DNA of 64,000 nucleotides from Candidatus Latescibacterota bacterium (GTDB lineage: Bacteria > Latescibacterota > UBA2968 > UBA8231), in contig OZ241362.1 of assembly GCA_965200315.1 (NCBI GenBank), forward strand, positions 4,512,001 through 4,576,000, read 5' to 3'. The notes below the pieces were generated by a model. The model had not been told where the DNA came from. It did not search any database and saw nothing but the letters and a program-made list of their open reading frames with translations. Positions 10,266-19,414 of the stretch are shown here, in pieces. Each line of letters starts with the position of its first letter. The first letter of the stretch is position 1. The position numbers and the translations under genes are program-made.

Positions 10266-10416
10266 AAGCTCCCGTAGCTGTTCCCTGATAGCGGACCGAC
10301 GAGCTGCTGTTGGCGAAGCGGCGGCGGTATCAGCGTCGAATCACAGACACCTTCTTTATTGGAGAAAACGGGCGAGGCATTTCAAAAGACGCGAGCGGGC
10401 GGCAAGGGCAAATGAC

Positions 10417-12042
10417 CTATTGCTTGAGAAAACGCAGCACATACGTCGGCACCACCGGGTCGTGCCACACCACTTGGAAGCGGCTCTCGTACTCCTCGAT
10501 AGCCGGGTACAAGTACTGCCAAGTCTGCGCAAAACCGAGGTTCTCCAACACGACGTAATCTACCTTTTCGCGCTCCATATGGGCCAGCACTTTGGCCGGC
10601 TCGTCAAAGGGGAATCCGACGCAGCGCCGACCCGAGACGATGTACATCCAGTAACCCTTGCGGCACAGCACGATGGCGTCTTCCGCGGCATTGGTTTTGA
10701 GCCATTGACCGGCCTGGTAGTAGCGGTGCCAAGGCGGAAGATAGTCAGCGGCAGCGTAATCGGCTAGGCGCTTGACGCCTCCAAGTTGGCCGATGACGCA
10801 TACCAGAAAGCAGCCCCATACCACGAATCCGCCCACACTTCCCCTAGCCAGTCTAGCGCGAATTTGCAAAACAGCCCAGACTCCCAACAACACGAGCACC
10901 GGCACAATCGGCACCAGAAAGCGATCCCCCGGCCAAGGCCAGAGCAACACAATACCCATAAAAAAGGCCGCGTAGAGCAGCAGCAGCAGGTGTTCGCCGC
11001 GCTTGATGCAGAGCACCGTCACCGCAACGACGAGCGCGATTAGCAACAACGGTGCGGGGTGGAAAATCGTCTCAGTGCCGTCAAAAAAAGGCACTAGCGT
11101 ATAGGGCAATTCCTTCGTCAAATAGAGATGTACATGGCCGATAAAGCGCTCGACAAAGCCACCCACGTTGAGCAGCCCCCGCTCTGGGTAATAGGGATTG
11201 ACCATGAAGAGCTGCTTGATATAGACGCTGCCGCCACCTACCGCCTGATTGCGCAAGGTCCACGGCAGCCAGCAGACAAACGCCGCGCCGCTAAAGAGTA
11301 AACACCGCCGGAAATCGCGCCGGAGCAACAGATAGACGACCACAGCTACCCCTAGCGCGATCCCAACCGTGCGGATGTAGTACGCCCATAGCGTGCAGGC
11401 GAACCCGCCGACGAGCCACCAATTTCCCTTGAGGCCCTCGCGCCCGACGCCCCGTTCGACAAGCCACAGTGCCAAAAGCGAAAAGGTCAGATAGGGCACT
11501 TCGGACATGACTTGGTGTGCGTAGTGCAAAAGCAGCGGGCCGTAGGCTACGCCGCTTGGTCCGTGCGTCAAATAGCTCTTGCCTAGCACGACGCTCAGCA
11601 CCACCACCGCTAGGCCGGGCAAGACGCCCACCCGCTCCTTGGCCAATTGGTAGAGCACCCCCATCCCCAGTGAAAAGAGCACCAACACCCCAACCTTCAT
11701 CGGCACCCAATTGCCGGGAAAAGCCCATGCCAAAGGAGCCAGCAACAGGGGAAAGCCAAAAGGGTACTTGGTCGCTGGCTGCGGATCGGGCGAGTTGATG
11801 TGCGAAAGCCCCTCGCCTTGAGCCAGACTGCGCGCTAGCGTGATGAACTCGGCGTTATCGCCGCTCAAGGAAAGTTTGGGGTCGAAGGTCCAGATCCCTA
11901 GGAGGAATGTTGCCGCGACGATAAAAAAGGGAACCCGAGGCGTTTCCAATAACCCAACTATGCGCGTACCGATATCCGCTTTGAGATCCTGCTGCTCGGA
12001 TTTTTTAGGCGCTGCTCTCTTGTTTGGGGAGGATGCCTTCAT
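10417..12042 (-). CDS. GT-C/ArnT-like membrane glycosyltransferase
   Basis: SGDNAEFITLARSLAQGEG, YPFGFPLLLAP, MSEVPY, RFLVPIVP; many TM helices; start set at MKASSPN because the ORF-track extension overlaps the next gene. Confidence 0.8.
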   Translation of the reverse strand: MKASSPNKRAAPKKSEQQDLKADIGTRIVGLLETPRVPFFIVAATFLLGIWTFDPKLSLSGDNAEFITLARSLAQGEGLSHINSPDPQPATKYPFGFPLLLAPLAWAFPGNWVPMKVGVLVLFSLGMGVLYQLAKERVGVLPGLAVVVLSVVLGKSYLTHGPSGVAYGPLLLHYAHQVMSEVPYLTFSLLALWLVERGVGREGLKGNWWLVGGFACTLWAYYIRTVGIALGVAVVVYLLLRRDFRRCLLFSGAAFVCWLPWTLRNQAVGGGSVYIKQLFMVNPYYPERGLLNVGGFVERFIGHVHLYLTKELPYTLVPFFDGTETIFHPAPLLLIALVVAVTVLCIKRGEHLLLLLYAAFFMGIVLLWPWPGDRFLVPIVPVLVLLGVWAVLQIRARLARGSVGGFVVWGCFLVCVIGQLGGVKRLADYAAADYLPPWHRYYQAGQWLKTNAAEDAIVLCRKGYWMYIVSGRRCVGFPFDEPAKVLAHMEREKVDYVVLENLGFAQTWQYLYPAIEEYESRFQVVWHDPVVPTYVLRFLKQ

Positions 12043-12052
12043 GGGTAAACAC

Positions 12053-12757
12053 TCACGAGCTATCTGCCCAGCGTCCGATCTTAAAAGGTATGAGTAGCAA
12101 GTAAAACAAAACGAGCGCCACGCCATCGAGGATTGGGATATACCACGGCCACGGGGCAAAGAAAAACGGCGATTGGGTAACGGGCGGCCGGCTGAGGAAC
12201 ATATAATTGCTCCCCAGCACCCAATTGACGCCAAACGCGACAAGGGCCAAAAAGTTGAGCAGCGCAAAGACGCGGATGACGGACTTGGACGTCGGTCGCA
12301 TGCCGAGGCCCCAAGTTGCGAACAGCGCACCGGCGACGATGCCGCCGTGCGCGATGAAATACTGAAAGAAGCGATACGCTGGATAGTCAGCTATGAGTTG
12401 CGGCGTGACGACGGCGTTGGTCGCGCCGGCGAGTCCCCAGAAATAGGCGATTTCATACGCTGTCTGCCAGCGGAAGACGAGCGCGGCCGCGACGGCGAAG
12501 ATGGTAATGCTACAGACGTGCAACGGCAGGTACCACCGCACAAACTCGTGCGCTCCGACCATGGCCAAGCGATGGCCCCAAGGCAGGATTTCGTTGAGCA
12601 GGAGTACGCCCGCGAACGCGCCGCAGATGGCTTGAGTCACCTTGGCCGAATTGAGCCGCTTGACGACGATGGTCAAGAGGACCGGCAAGGCCAGCGTCGC
12701 ACCTATCGCGGCGAGGTGGGGAAAGCCGAGAAACTCGAACTGGCTTGCAGACATCAC
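12053..12757 (-). CDS. YwaF/TIGR02206 family integral membrane protein
   Basis: LPLHVCSI, AYFWGLAG, FFQYFIAHG, NYMFL..PP, PWPWYI. Confidence 0.85.
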   Translation of the reverse strand: MMSASQFEFLGFPHLAAIGATLALPVLLTIVVKRLNSAKVTQAICGAFAGVLLLNEILPWGHRLAMVGAHEFVRWYLPLHVCSITIFAVAAALVFRWQTAYEIAYFWGLAGATNAVVTPQLIADYPAYRFFQYFIAHGGIVAGALFATWGLGMRPTSKSVIRVFALLNFLALVAFGVNWVLGSNYMFLSRPPVTQSPFFFAPWPWYIPILDGVALVLFYLLLIPFKIGRWADSS

Positions 12758-12851
12758 GTCTCATCGCTCTCGTTTTCAGTACTTCTCAATGCAGCTTGGC
12801 CAATACGCGCTCGCAGTCCTTCCGCTTCATCTTCGCCAACCCAAAAACGCA

Positions 12852-12977
12852 CCTAAGTACCCGACCGTAGACTTGGGTGGGCATTTTTAGTATCGCCCTA
12901 AGATCGCGGGCCTCTGGCCCACAGGCGGGCAGGATGCCCGCGATCCCAAGAAAGACCTTACTGTCGGGTACTTTAGG
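12852..12977. repeat. Nested palindromic REP/MITE-like element
   Basis: Outer IR CCTAAGTACCCGACCGTA / TACTGTCGGGTACTTTAGG; inner perfect 10-bp IR GATCGCGGGC (12902-12911) / GCCCGCGATC (12936-12945). Confidence 0.7.
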
Positions 12978-13057
12978 ACAGTAGTGCGCGAAAACTTGCC
13001 TAGCCCCCACCAGCCATATACCTTGTCGCGCACACCGCTTAACCGACAAGGACCCTT

Positions 13058-14590
13058 ATGAGCCAAGCACCCCGCCCCAACCTGCTTTACATCCACTCCG
13101 ACCAACACAGCCCCTACGTGGCCGGCTGCTATGGCGATCCCTTAGTCGAGACCCCCCACCTCGATGCCCTCGCCGAGCGCGGCGTGGTGTTCGACAACAC
13201 CTATTGCCCCTCGCCGATTTGTGTGCCCTCGCGGATGTCCATGCTCTCGGGCCGCTACCCCTGCGACAACCAAGTCTGGACCAACACCCACATCCTCGAC
13301 TCCGGCATCCCCACCCTCGCCCACGCCATGGGTGCTGGCGGCTACCGCCCGGTGCTCGTCGGCCGCATGCACTCAGTTGGGCCAGACCAACTACGCGGGT
13401 ACGCACAGCGGCTCGTCGGCGACCACGGCCCCAACCAACCCGGAGGCAAGGGCGTCGATCACGGCCAACTTTCGGGCACGGCCGGGCCGGGCCGCGTCAG
13501 CCTGCGCCTGTCCGGCCACGGCCAGAGTGCCTACGAGGTCCACGACGAAGACGTCACCGCCGCGACCGTTGACTACCTCAACCGCCTCGGCGTTGCCAAG
13601 CGCGCCGGCCAAGCCGCTGAGCCGTTTTCGCTCTCGGTTGGTTTCATGCTGCCGCACCAGCCTTTTGTCGCTCGCTTGCAAGACTATCGCTACTACTATG
13701 AAAACATCACCCCACCGCAAATCCCCGAACCCTTCGGCAACCACCTGCATCCCCACATCAAGTGCTGGCGTCAAGCCTGCGATATCGAGGAAGTCAGCGC
13801 GGAAGAGACCCGCCGCGCCCGCGCCGCCTATTGGGCGTTAGTCCACCGCATGGACGCGCTGATCGGCCAGATCGTAGCCGCGCTGCGGGAAAACGACTTG
13901 GAGGAAGATACCCTCATCCTCTATACGTCGGACCACGGCGAGCAGGTCGGCGAGCACGGGCTGTGGTGGAAGCAGACCTTTTACGAGGACTCGGTTAAGG
14001 TGCCGGCCATACTTACTTGGCCCGGGCGCTTGCCCGCCGGCACCCGTTGCGACCGGGTGATTTCTTCGCTCGACCTCAACGCGACCATGCTCGACGCCTT
14101 GGGCTGCCCGGCCCTGCCCCACTCGCGGGGCCGCAGCTTGCTGCCCTTGCTCGCGGCACCCCACAACGCCGCGTGGGACGACGTCGCCTTCTCCGAGTTC
14201 TGCCAAGACGCGGCCGGGGCCGGCGGCCCCTTCCCAGCAGAGGGCATTTTCCAGCGCATGATTCGGCGCGGGCCGTGGAAACTCAACTACTACCACGGCC
14301 AGCCCTGCCAGCTTTTTAACCTCCAAGACGATCCGCACGAGCGCTGCGACCTCGCAGCCGACCCGGCGCACCAAGAGACACTGGCCGCGCTCAAAGCCGA
14401 AGTCCTAGATGGGTGGGACCCAGAGTGGATCGCCGCGCGCATGGCTGCGTTCCGCGCTGACCGCTCCATACTAGCCGCGTGGGGCCGCACCGTCCAGCCC
14501 CCGGACCAGTGCCGCTGGAAGCTCGATCCGGCCATGGATTACCTCGACCGAGAGCAGCTCGACAACAGCCAGCGCAATACCAACAAATGA
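13058..14590 (+). CDS. Cys-type sulfatase (choline-sulfatase-like)
   Basis: PNLLYIHSDQH, CPSPICVPSRMSMLSG (CxPxR), YTSDHGE...HGLWWK. Confidence 0.93.
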   Translation: MSQAPRPNLLYIHSDQHSPYVAGCYGDPLVETPHLDALAERGVVFDNTYCPSPICVPSRMSMLSGRYPCDNQVWTNTHILDSGIPTLAHAMGAGGYRPVLVGRMHSVGPDQLRGYAQRLVGDHGPNQPGGKGVDHGQLSGTAGPGRVSLRLSGHGQSAYEVHDEDVTAATVDYLNRLGVAKRAGQAAEPFSLSVGFMLPHQPFVARLQDYRYYYENITPPQIPEPFGNHLHPHIKCWRQACDIEEVSAEETRRARAAYWALVHRMDALIGQIVAALRENDLEEDTLILYTSDHGEQVGEHGLWWKQTFYEDSVKVPAILTWPGRLPAGTRCDRVISSLDLNATMLDALGCPALPHSRGRSLLPLLAAPHNAAWDDVAFSEFCQDAAGAGGPFPAEGIFQRMIRRGPWKLNYYHGQPCQLFNLQDDPHERCDLAADPAHQETLAALKAEVLDGWDPEWIAARMAAFRADRSILAAWGRTVQPPDQCRWKLDPAMDYLDREQLDNSQRNTNK

Positions 14591-15252
14591 CCCAATAGAG
14601 CGGCTGGTGCCAAGACTGTCGGCAGCCAGACGTAAGGCGCATAAGTCGCAAACGTGCTAGGCGGCTCGTTGGTGAAGACGCGGAACTCCGTCGGCATGGA
14701 GAGGACCGCGATGACAATTGCCTCGGCCAGTAGCATTAACCCAAGCGCATTCCAAGCCCATATCGAATAAGAGCCTACTTTGCCGCGCCAGACCAGCCAA
14801 GCCATGGCCGGCGCAGTCAAGCCAGCGAAGATGTCGAGATTGAGTCCCTCGGACGTCATCTGTACCGGTACCTGCCCGGCTTGGTACATTCCTCGTAAGA
14901 ACACGGCGACCGGCACGCGGAAAAACTGGAAGCCAATCAGCCCAACCGGGCCGACCGCAGCCACTAGCACAGTCCCCACCCGCGAAAAGGCCGCACCGCC
15001 CGTTAGGATCATCAAGGCCGTGAAGAGAGGTAGCGAAAAGCCGTGCAGTGCGCCCGAGAGCGCAGCTAGTCCGGTCGCCATCAACCAGAGCATCGCTCCC
15101 ATAGCCGCCCGCATCGTCCACAGGTCGGCGGCCTGCCCTACCCGCTGGGCCGCGACGCGCATGGCCAGTACGGAGAGCGCCAAAACGCCCAAGACCGTGG
15201 CGAAAAAGAGCGCGTCAATGCGGAGGGGGACCTTGTCGAGCGCTAGTTCCAT
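14539..15252 (-). CDS. Hypothetical integral membrane protein
   Basis: About 7 hydrophobic segments; GFQFFRVPV, NLDIFAGLTA, PYVWLPTVLAP. Confidence 0.75.
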   Translation of the reverse strand: MELALDKVPLRIDALFFATVLGVLALSVLAMRVAAQRVGQAADLWTMRAAMGAMLWLMATGLAALSGALHGFSLPLFTALMILTGGAAFSRVGTVLVAAVGPVGLIGFQFFRVPVAVFLRGMYQAGQVPVQMTSEGLNLDIFAGLTAPAMAWLVWRGKVGSYSIWAWNALGLMLLAEAIVIAVLSMPTEFRVFTNEPPSTFATYAPYVWLPTVLAPAALLGHLLVLRWLLSSCSRSR

Positions 15253-15261
15253 ATCACTTGC

Positions 15262-16065
15262 TTATTCTTCGTCCCTTTCGCGCGCTTTCACCTCGTCCCA
15301 TATCTCGTCTAGGGCCGCTAGCGAGAGCGTGGCTACTTCCTCACCCCGCGCCAGCACCGTCTCTTCTAGAGCGCGGAAGCGGTGCTCAAACTTGGTGCTT
15401 GCACGCCTGAGTGCCTGTTCGGGATCTACTTTGAGGAATCGGCTGGCGTTGACTAACGAGAAGAGCAAGTCGCCAAACTCCTCCTCAACCGCCGCGGCCC
15501 CATCCGTCTCCCAAGCCTTGCGCACTTCGGCAAATTCCTCTTCGACCTTGTCGAGTGCGCCATCAACCTCGTCCCAATCAAACCCCTGCTGTGCAACTCG
15601 CGCTTGAATCCGATAGGCACGCATCAGAGCGGGCAGGTGCTTGGGAATGCCCTCCAGCAACGACGGCGCAGTTTCCCCGCGCTCTCGGCGCTCCTGCTTT
15701 TTGATCTGCTCCCAGCGGAGCAAGACCTCGTCGGCTCCGTCCGCACTCGCATCGCCAAAGACGTGAGGATGGCGACGAATCAGTTTATCGACGATGGCTT
15801 GGCCGACCGCCTCAATGTCGAAGCGCCCCCCCTCGGCCGCGATCTGGGCGTGGAACACCACCTGTAGTAACACATCGCCGAGCTCTTTGCAGAGCTCGGC
15901 GGCGTCTTCTGAGTCAATGGCTTCAAGAGCCTCGTACGCCTCTTCCAACAGGTAGGGCCTGAGCGTGGCATGCGTCTGCTGGCGGTCCCAAGGGCAGCCA
16001 TCGGGGCCGCGCAGATGCGCCATGATGGCAACTAATTCTGAGAACGTGGAATCGCTTTTCATCAT
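15262..16065 (-). CDS. mazG: Nucleoside triphosphate pyrophosphohydrolase MazG
   Basis: LRGPDGCPWDRQQT, EEAYE, ELGDVLLQVVFH, KLIRRHPHVFG, EEFGDLLF; tandem MazG domains. Confidence 0.95.
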   Translation of the reverse strand: MMKSDSTFSELVAIMAHLRGPDGCPWDRQQTHATLRPYLLEEAYEALEAIDSEDAAELCKELGDVLLQVVFHAQIAAEGGRFDIEAVGQAIVDKLIRRHPHVFGDASADGADEVLLRWEQIKKQERRERGETAPSLLEGIPKHLPALMRAYRIQARVAQQGFDWDEVDGALDKVEEEFAEVRKAWETDGAAAVEEEFGDLLFSLVNASRFLKVDPEQALRRASTKFEHRFRALEETVLARGEEVATLSLAALDEIWDEVKARERDEE

Positions 16066-16151
16066 TTTCCGCTTCTGGATTTTGTATGAAGAAAAACAAT
16101 AATAAGAAACCGCGCCCGCTACCGGCCCAAAAACCTTGCAACGCAGCTTAT

Positions 16152-16182
16152 GCAATCGATTGCTAAAGTATGTAACATACTT
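16152..16182. promoter_or_regulatory. Two adjacent palindromes (candidate operators) in the mazG/parA divergent region
   Basis: GCAATCGATTGC (16152-16163) and AAGTATGT-A-ACATACTT (16166-16182) in an AT-rich stretch. Confidence 0.45.
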
Positions 16183-16240
16183 AATTTTATAAGCTTTATG
16201 TGTTTTTTATGCTTAGCTGTAACCAAATTGGCACAAAGCC

Positions 16241-16268
16241 TTGACAGGCCATTGCGCCGATTTATATT
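16241..16268 (+). promoter_or_regulatory. sigma70-like promoter
   Basis: TTGACA (16241-16246), 16-bp spacer, TATATT (16263-16268). Confidence 0.55.
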
Positions 16269-16272
16269 GAAT

Positions 16273-16370
16273 GCAGGCGGTGATTAGGGCCTCCTGTACA
16301 ACTCCCCCGAAGTACAGTTCTGACGGCTCCTTTTACATTGAGAGTGGTCAGTTGGCCCGCTTGCTTTGTT
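16273..16370 (+). ncRNA. Candidate structured RNA (three-way junction) in the parA leader
   Basis: Hand-folded stems GCAGGCGG/CCGCUUGC, UGAUUA/UGGUCA, GGGCC/GGCUC, CUGUAC/GUACAG, CUUUUA/UGAGAG; followed by UUUGUU; G-U pairs favour the + strand. Confidence 0.5.
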
Positions 16371-16446
16371 GCTCATTAAGGCACGGTCCAAATTAGCTAG
16401 TTGAGCCTTTTTATAGGCTTCGACGAGGCAAGATCAAGATATAGGT

Positions 16447-17223
16447 ATGGGCAAAATCATCGCTATCGCCAATCAAAAAGGCGGGGTGGGCAAGACTACT
16501 ACGGCAGTCAATCTCGCTGCTTGTCTAGCCCTTTCCGGGTATCGCACCCTACTCATCGACTTAGACCCGCAGGCCAATGCCACTAGTAGTTGCGACGCCG
16601 AACTCGTCAGCGACTACGCCTCGATCTACGAGGTCTTGATAGGCCAGCTCAGCACCTCCTCGGCGACCTTTCCCACCTATATAAAGGACCTCTTCGTAGT
16701 ACCCGGACACGTCCGCCTCGCAGGTGCCGAAGTGGAGATGGCCGCTATGGTCGGGCGCGACAAGCGGCTGGCCGAAGCTCTGGGTCCGATAAATCGACAG
16801 TACGAATTTATACTTATTGATTGCCCGCCGTCCTTGGGCTTGCTGACTATCAACGCGCTGAGCGCGGCCCATTCCGTGCTCATTCCGGTGCAATGTGAGT
16901 ACTATGCCTTAGAAGGCGTGAGCAAGCTCAACGATACCATCCGCGTGGTGCGGCGCTATCTAAACCCCAATCTCGAAATCGAAGGTGTTTTACTTACCCT
17001 GTACGACAACCGCTTGCAGCTTTGTCGCCACGTGGCCCAAGAAGTGCGCAACCACTTCGGCGACAAGGTCTATCAGACGATCATCAGCCGCAACATTAGC
17101 TTGGCCGAGGCTCCGGGTTTTAGCCAACCCATCGCGCTCTACGACTCAGAATCGAGAGGCTCTAGCAACTACAGCAGCTTAGTTTCCGAAATCTGTGCCG
17201 CTAGGCCCTCTGTCTTGGCCTAA
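16447..17223 (+). CDS. parA: ParA/Soj family ATPase
   Basis: [46 protein letters not shown]. Confidence 0.93.
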   Translation: MGKIIAIANQKGGVGKTTTAVNLAACLALSGYRTLLIDLDPQANATSSCDAELVSDYASIYEVLIGQLSTSSATFPTYIKDLFVVPGHVRLAGAEVEMAAMVGRDKRLAEALGPINRQYEFILIDCPPSLGLLTINALSAAHSVLIPVQCEYYALEGVSKLNDTIRVVRRYLNPNLEIEGVLLTLYDNRLQLCRHVAQEVRNHFGDKVYQTIISRNISLAEAPGFSQPIALYDSESRGSSNYSSLVSEICAARPSVLA

Positions 17224-17253
17224 TCCCCATCTACATTTCTGCATTGATTGTTC

Positions 17254-17281
17254 TTGACAATCGTTTGCATTGGCATATTAT
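17254..17281 (+). promoter_or_regulatory. sigma70-like promoter for the sigma54 activator gene
   Basis: TTGACA (17254-17259), 16-bp spacer, TATTAT (17276-17281); AGGGAGG RBS before ATG 17326. Confidence 0.55.
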
Positions 17282-17325
17282 ATTCACTTTTGCATTATAT
17301 ATCCAAAAAGAAAGGGAGGTTGTCT

Positions 17326-18354
17326 ATGTATTCTTGTACATCTGCGAACTCGGACGCGGCTACGCAAGTGGGCGCGTCCTCCCCCCGCTGTGCTGACCAT
17401 CCCGAATTTATCACCCAAAACGCCCAAGTCCGCCGCCTGCTAGCCCAAGCCGACCGGATCGCTGAGTCCCTAGCGACTGTACTCCTCACCGGAGAAAGCG
17501 GCACGGGCAAAGAAGTGTTGGCGAGGCGTTTGCACGGGCGCAGTCCAAGGCGCAGGGCCTCGTTTGTGCGGCTCAACTGCGCCTCGCTGCCCGAAGGTGT
17601 GTTGGAGAGCGAGCTGTTCGGGCACGAAAAAGGAGCCTTTACCGGCGCGGTGCGCCAGCGCTTAGGCCGCTTTGAGCTAGCCGATCGCGGCACCTTGTTT
17701 CTCGACGAGATTGGCGCGGCGGATATGCGCGTGCAACTGCGCCTGTTGCGCGTCCTGCAAGAACGCGAGTTTGAACGCGTCGGAGGCGCGGAGACCTTGC
17801 GGGTAGATGTGCGGGTCATCGCCGCCACCAACGTCGATTTGCGGGAGGAAGTCCGCAAAGGGGCCTTCCGCGAAGACCTCTTCTACCGGCTCAACGTCGT
17901 ACCGCTCAAGCTGCCGCCGCTGCGCCAGCGCAAGGGAGACATTCCCCTACTAGTCGAACACTTTATCCGCCGATTGGCAGCGCAAAACGGATGCAAAATT
18001 CGCGGGCTTGACGCCGCGGCCTTGAACCATTTTTTGGCCTATCCATGGCCGGGCAATGTGCGGCAGTTGGAAAACGCGCTCGAGCGCATGGTTCTCCTCG
18101 CAAGCGACAGCTTGTTGCGGGAAGAAGACGTGCCCGAAGAGATCGTCCACTGGCAGGATGAAGAAGAGCTCGATCTAAGCCAGCGCGGTTTTAGGGAAGC
18201 GCGGAACTCGTTTGAGCGGCACTTCCTCTGCAAAGCTCTGCATCGACACCGCGGGGTAATTTCGCAAGTAGCCGAAGACGTGGGTCTGTCGCGCAAAAGC
18301 CTGTACGCGAAGCTAGAACACCTCGACATCGACTACCAACACTACCGCACCTAA
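17326..18354 (+). CDS. sigma54-dependent enhancer-binding protein (AAA+ and Fis-type HTH) lacking an N-terminal regulatory domain
   Basis: GESGTGKE, LESELFGHEKGAFTGA, LFLDEIG, FREDLFYRLNV, WPGNVRQLEN, C-terminal HTH; AAA+ begins ~27 aa after the start. Confidence 0.92.
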   Translation: MYSCTSANSDAATQVGASSPRCADHPEFITQNAQVRRLLAQADRIAESLATVLLTGESGTGKEVLARRLHGRSPRRRASFVRLNCASLPEGVLESELFGHEKGAFTGAVRQRLGRFELADRGTLFLDEIGAADMRVQLRLLRVLQEREFERVGGAETLRVDVRVIAATNVDLREEVRKGAFREDLFYRLNVVPLKLPPLRQRKGDIPLLVEHFIRRLAAQNGCKIRGLDAAALNHFLAYPWPGNVRQLENALERMVLLASDSLLREEDVPEEIVHWQDEEELDLSQRGFREARNSFERHFLCKALHRHRGVISQVAEDVGLSRKSLYAKLEHLDIDYQHYRT

Positions 18355-18355
18355 C

Positions 18356-19414
18356 TCACGGGCGTGTGGCGAGCGCCCGGCGAAATTTCGCCATCTGGCC
18401 TTCGAGATAGGCCCGATGCTCGCCATCGGTCGGCTCGAGCGCGAGGGCTTGGCGCATAATGGCCATTGCGTAGGCATGCCGCCCCAACAGGTGCAACAAT
18501 TCCGCATAGGTATCCAAATAGACCGAGCTTTCCGCATCGAGTTTGACCGCGCGCATCGACAGATTTAGGGCATAGCTAAGGCGTTGGCCCTCTTCTGCAT
18601 AAGTCCAAGCCAAGTTGTTGAGGATCAGGGGGTCGTCTGGAGCACCGGCCAAGGCACGCTCGTAGTATTCAATAGCGCGGTCGGGCCGCTCGCGCTCGTA
18701 GTAGATGAGGGCGATGTCAACTACACTAACGACCCCGGCCGTCAGCGCTTGAGCAAAAGTGTGAGCGGCCCGCTCCGCAAGCCCTTGGCGGAGTTGGCAA
18801 TCGCCCAAGGCGAGGACGAGTTGCGGGTCATCGGGTTGAATGCGCACCGCCTCGGTGAGCGCGACTTCGGCCTCGGCGAATCGACCCTCGTCAATCAAAA
18901 GGCGGCCGAGTTCAATGTGGGCGAAGAGGTGGTGCGCGTCGAGTCGGGTGGCTTGGCGCAGTGCTTCTATGGCTGCGTCGGGCCGCTCTTGACGAGCGTA
19001 GAGCCAGCCCTTGGTTGCCCACAGCGACGCACTCTGCCCGTGGTCTGTGCGCAATTGCGCGAGGAGTTTTTCGGTTTGGGCGCAGCGCTCCTCTTTTTCG
19101 CAAATGTTGCGCAAAGCCCTGTACAGGTCGTCGTTGTCCGGTGCCAAGGCAACGGCTTGGCCGATCAGCTCTAGTGCGGCATCCACTTCGTCCAAGCCCA
19201 GTCGGGCGAGGGCAGCGATGAGCAGCAAGCGGTCATCCGGCCCGTCTTGGCGAATGGCCCGGCGGGTTTCGGTCAAGGCTTGGTCGTAGAGGCCGTCGCG
19301 CAAATAGGCGTACGCTAGCTGGGCGTGCCCGGCTCGATAGGTGCCGCACTGCGGGTTGCTAATGACAAACGCGCCGAGCAGGGCGCAACAGACGGCCTGT
19401 CTAGCAACGCGCAT
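18356..19414 (-). CDS. Tetratricopeptide-repeat protein
   Basis: Repeated TPR helices; LNNLAWTYAE, YLDTYAE. Confidence 0.85.
   Translation of the reverse strand: MRVARQAVCCALLGAFVISNPQCGTYRAGHAQLAYAYLRDGLYDQALTETRRAIRQDGPDDRLLLIAALARLGLDEVDAALELIGQAVALAPDNDDLYRALRNICEKEERCAQTEKLLAQLRTDHGQSASLWATKGWLYARQERPDAAIEALRQATRLDAHHLFAHIELGRLLIDEGRFAEAEVALTEAVRIQPDDPQLVLALGDCQLRQGLAERAAHTFAQALTAGVVSVVDIALIYYERERPDRAIEYYERALAGAPDDPLILNNLAWTYAEEGQRLSYALNLSMRAVKLDAESSVYLDTYAELLHLLGRHAYAMAIMRQALALEPTDGEHRAYLEGQMAKFRRALATRP

Noticed and set aside
12043-12330. 96-aa N-terminal extension of the GT-C ORF
   Set aside because: It overlaps the YwaF gene in another frame; the ATG at 12042 is the plausible start.
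16229-16245. sigma54 promoter-like TGGCACAAAGCCTTGA upstream of parA
   Set aside because: Spacing is one base too long and the -12 GC is GA; the overlapping sigma70 reading fits better.
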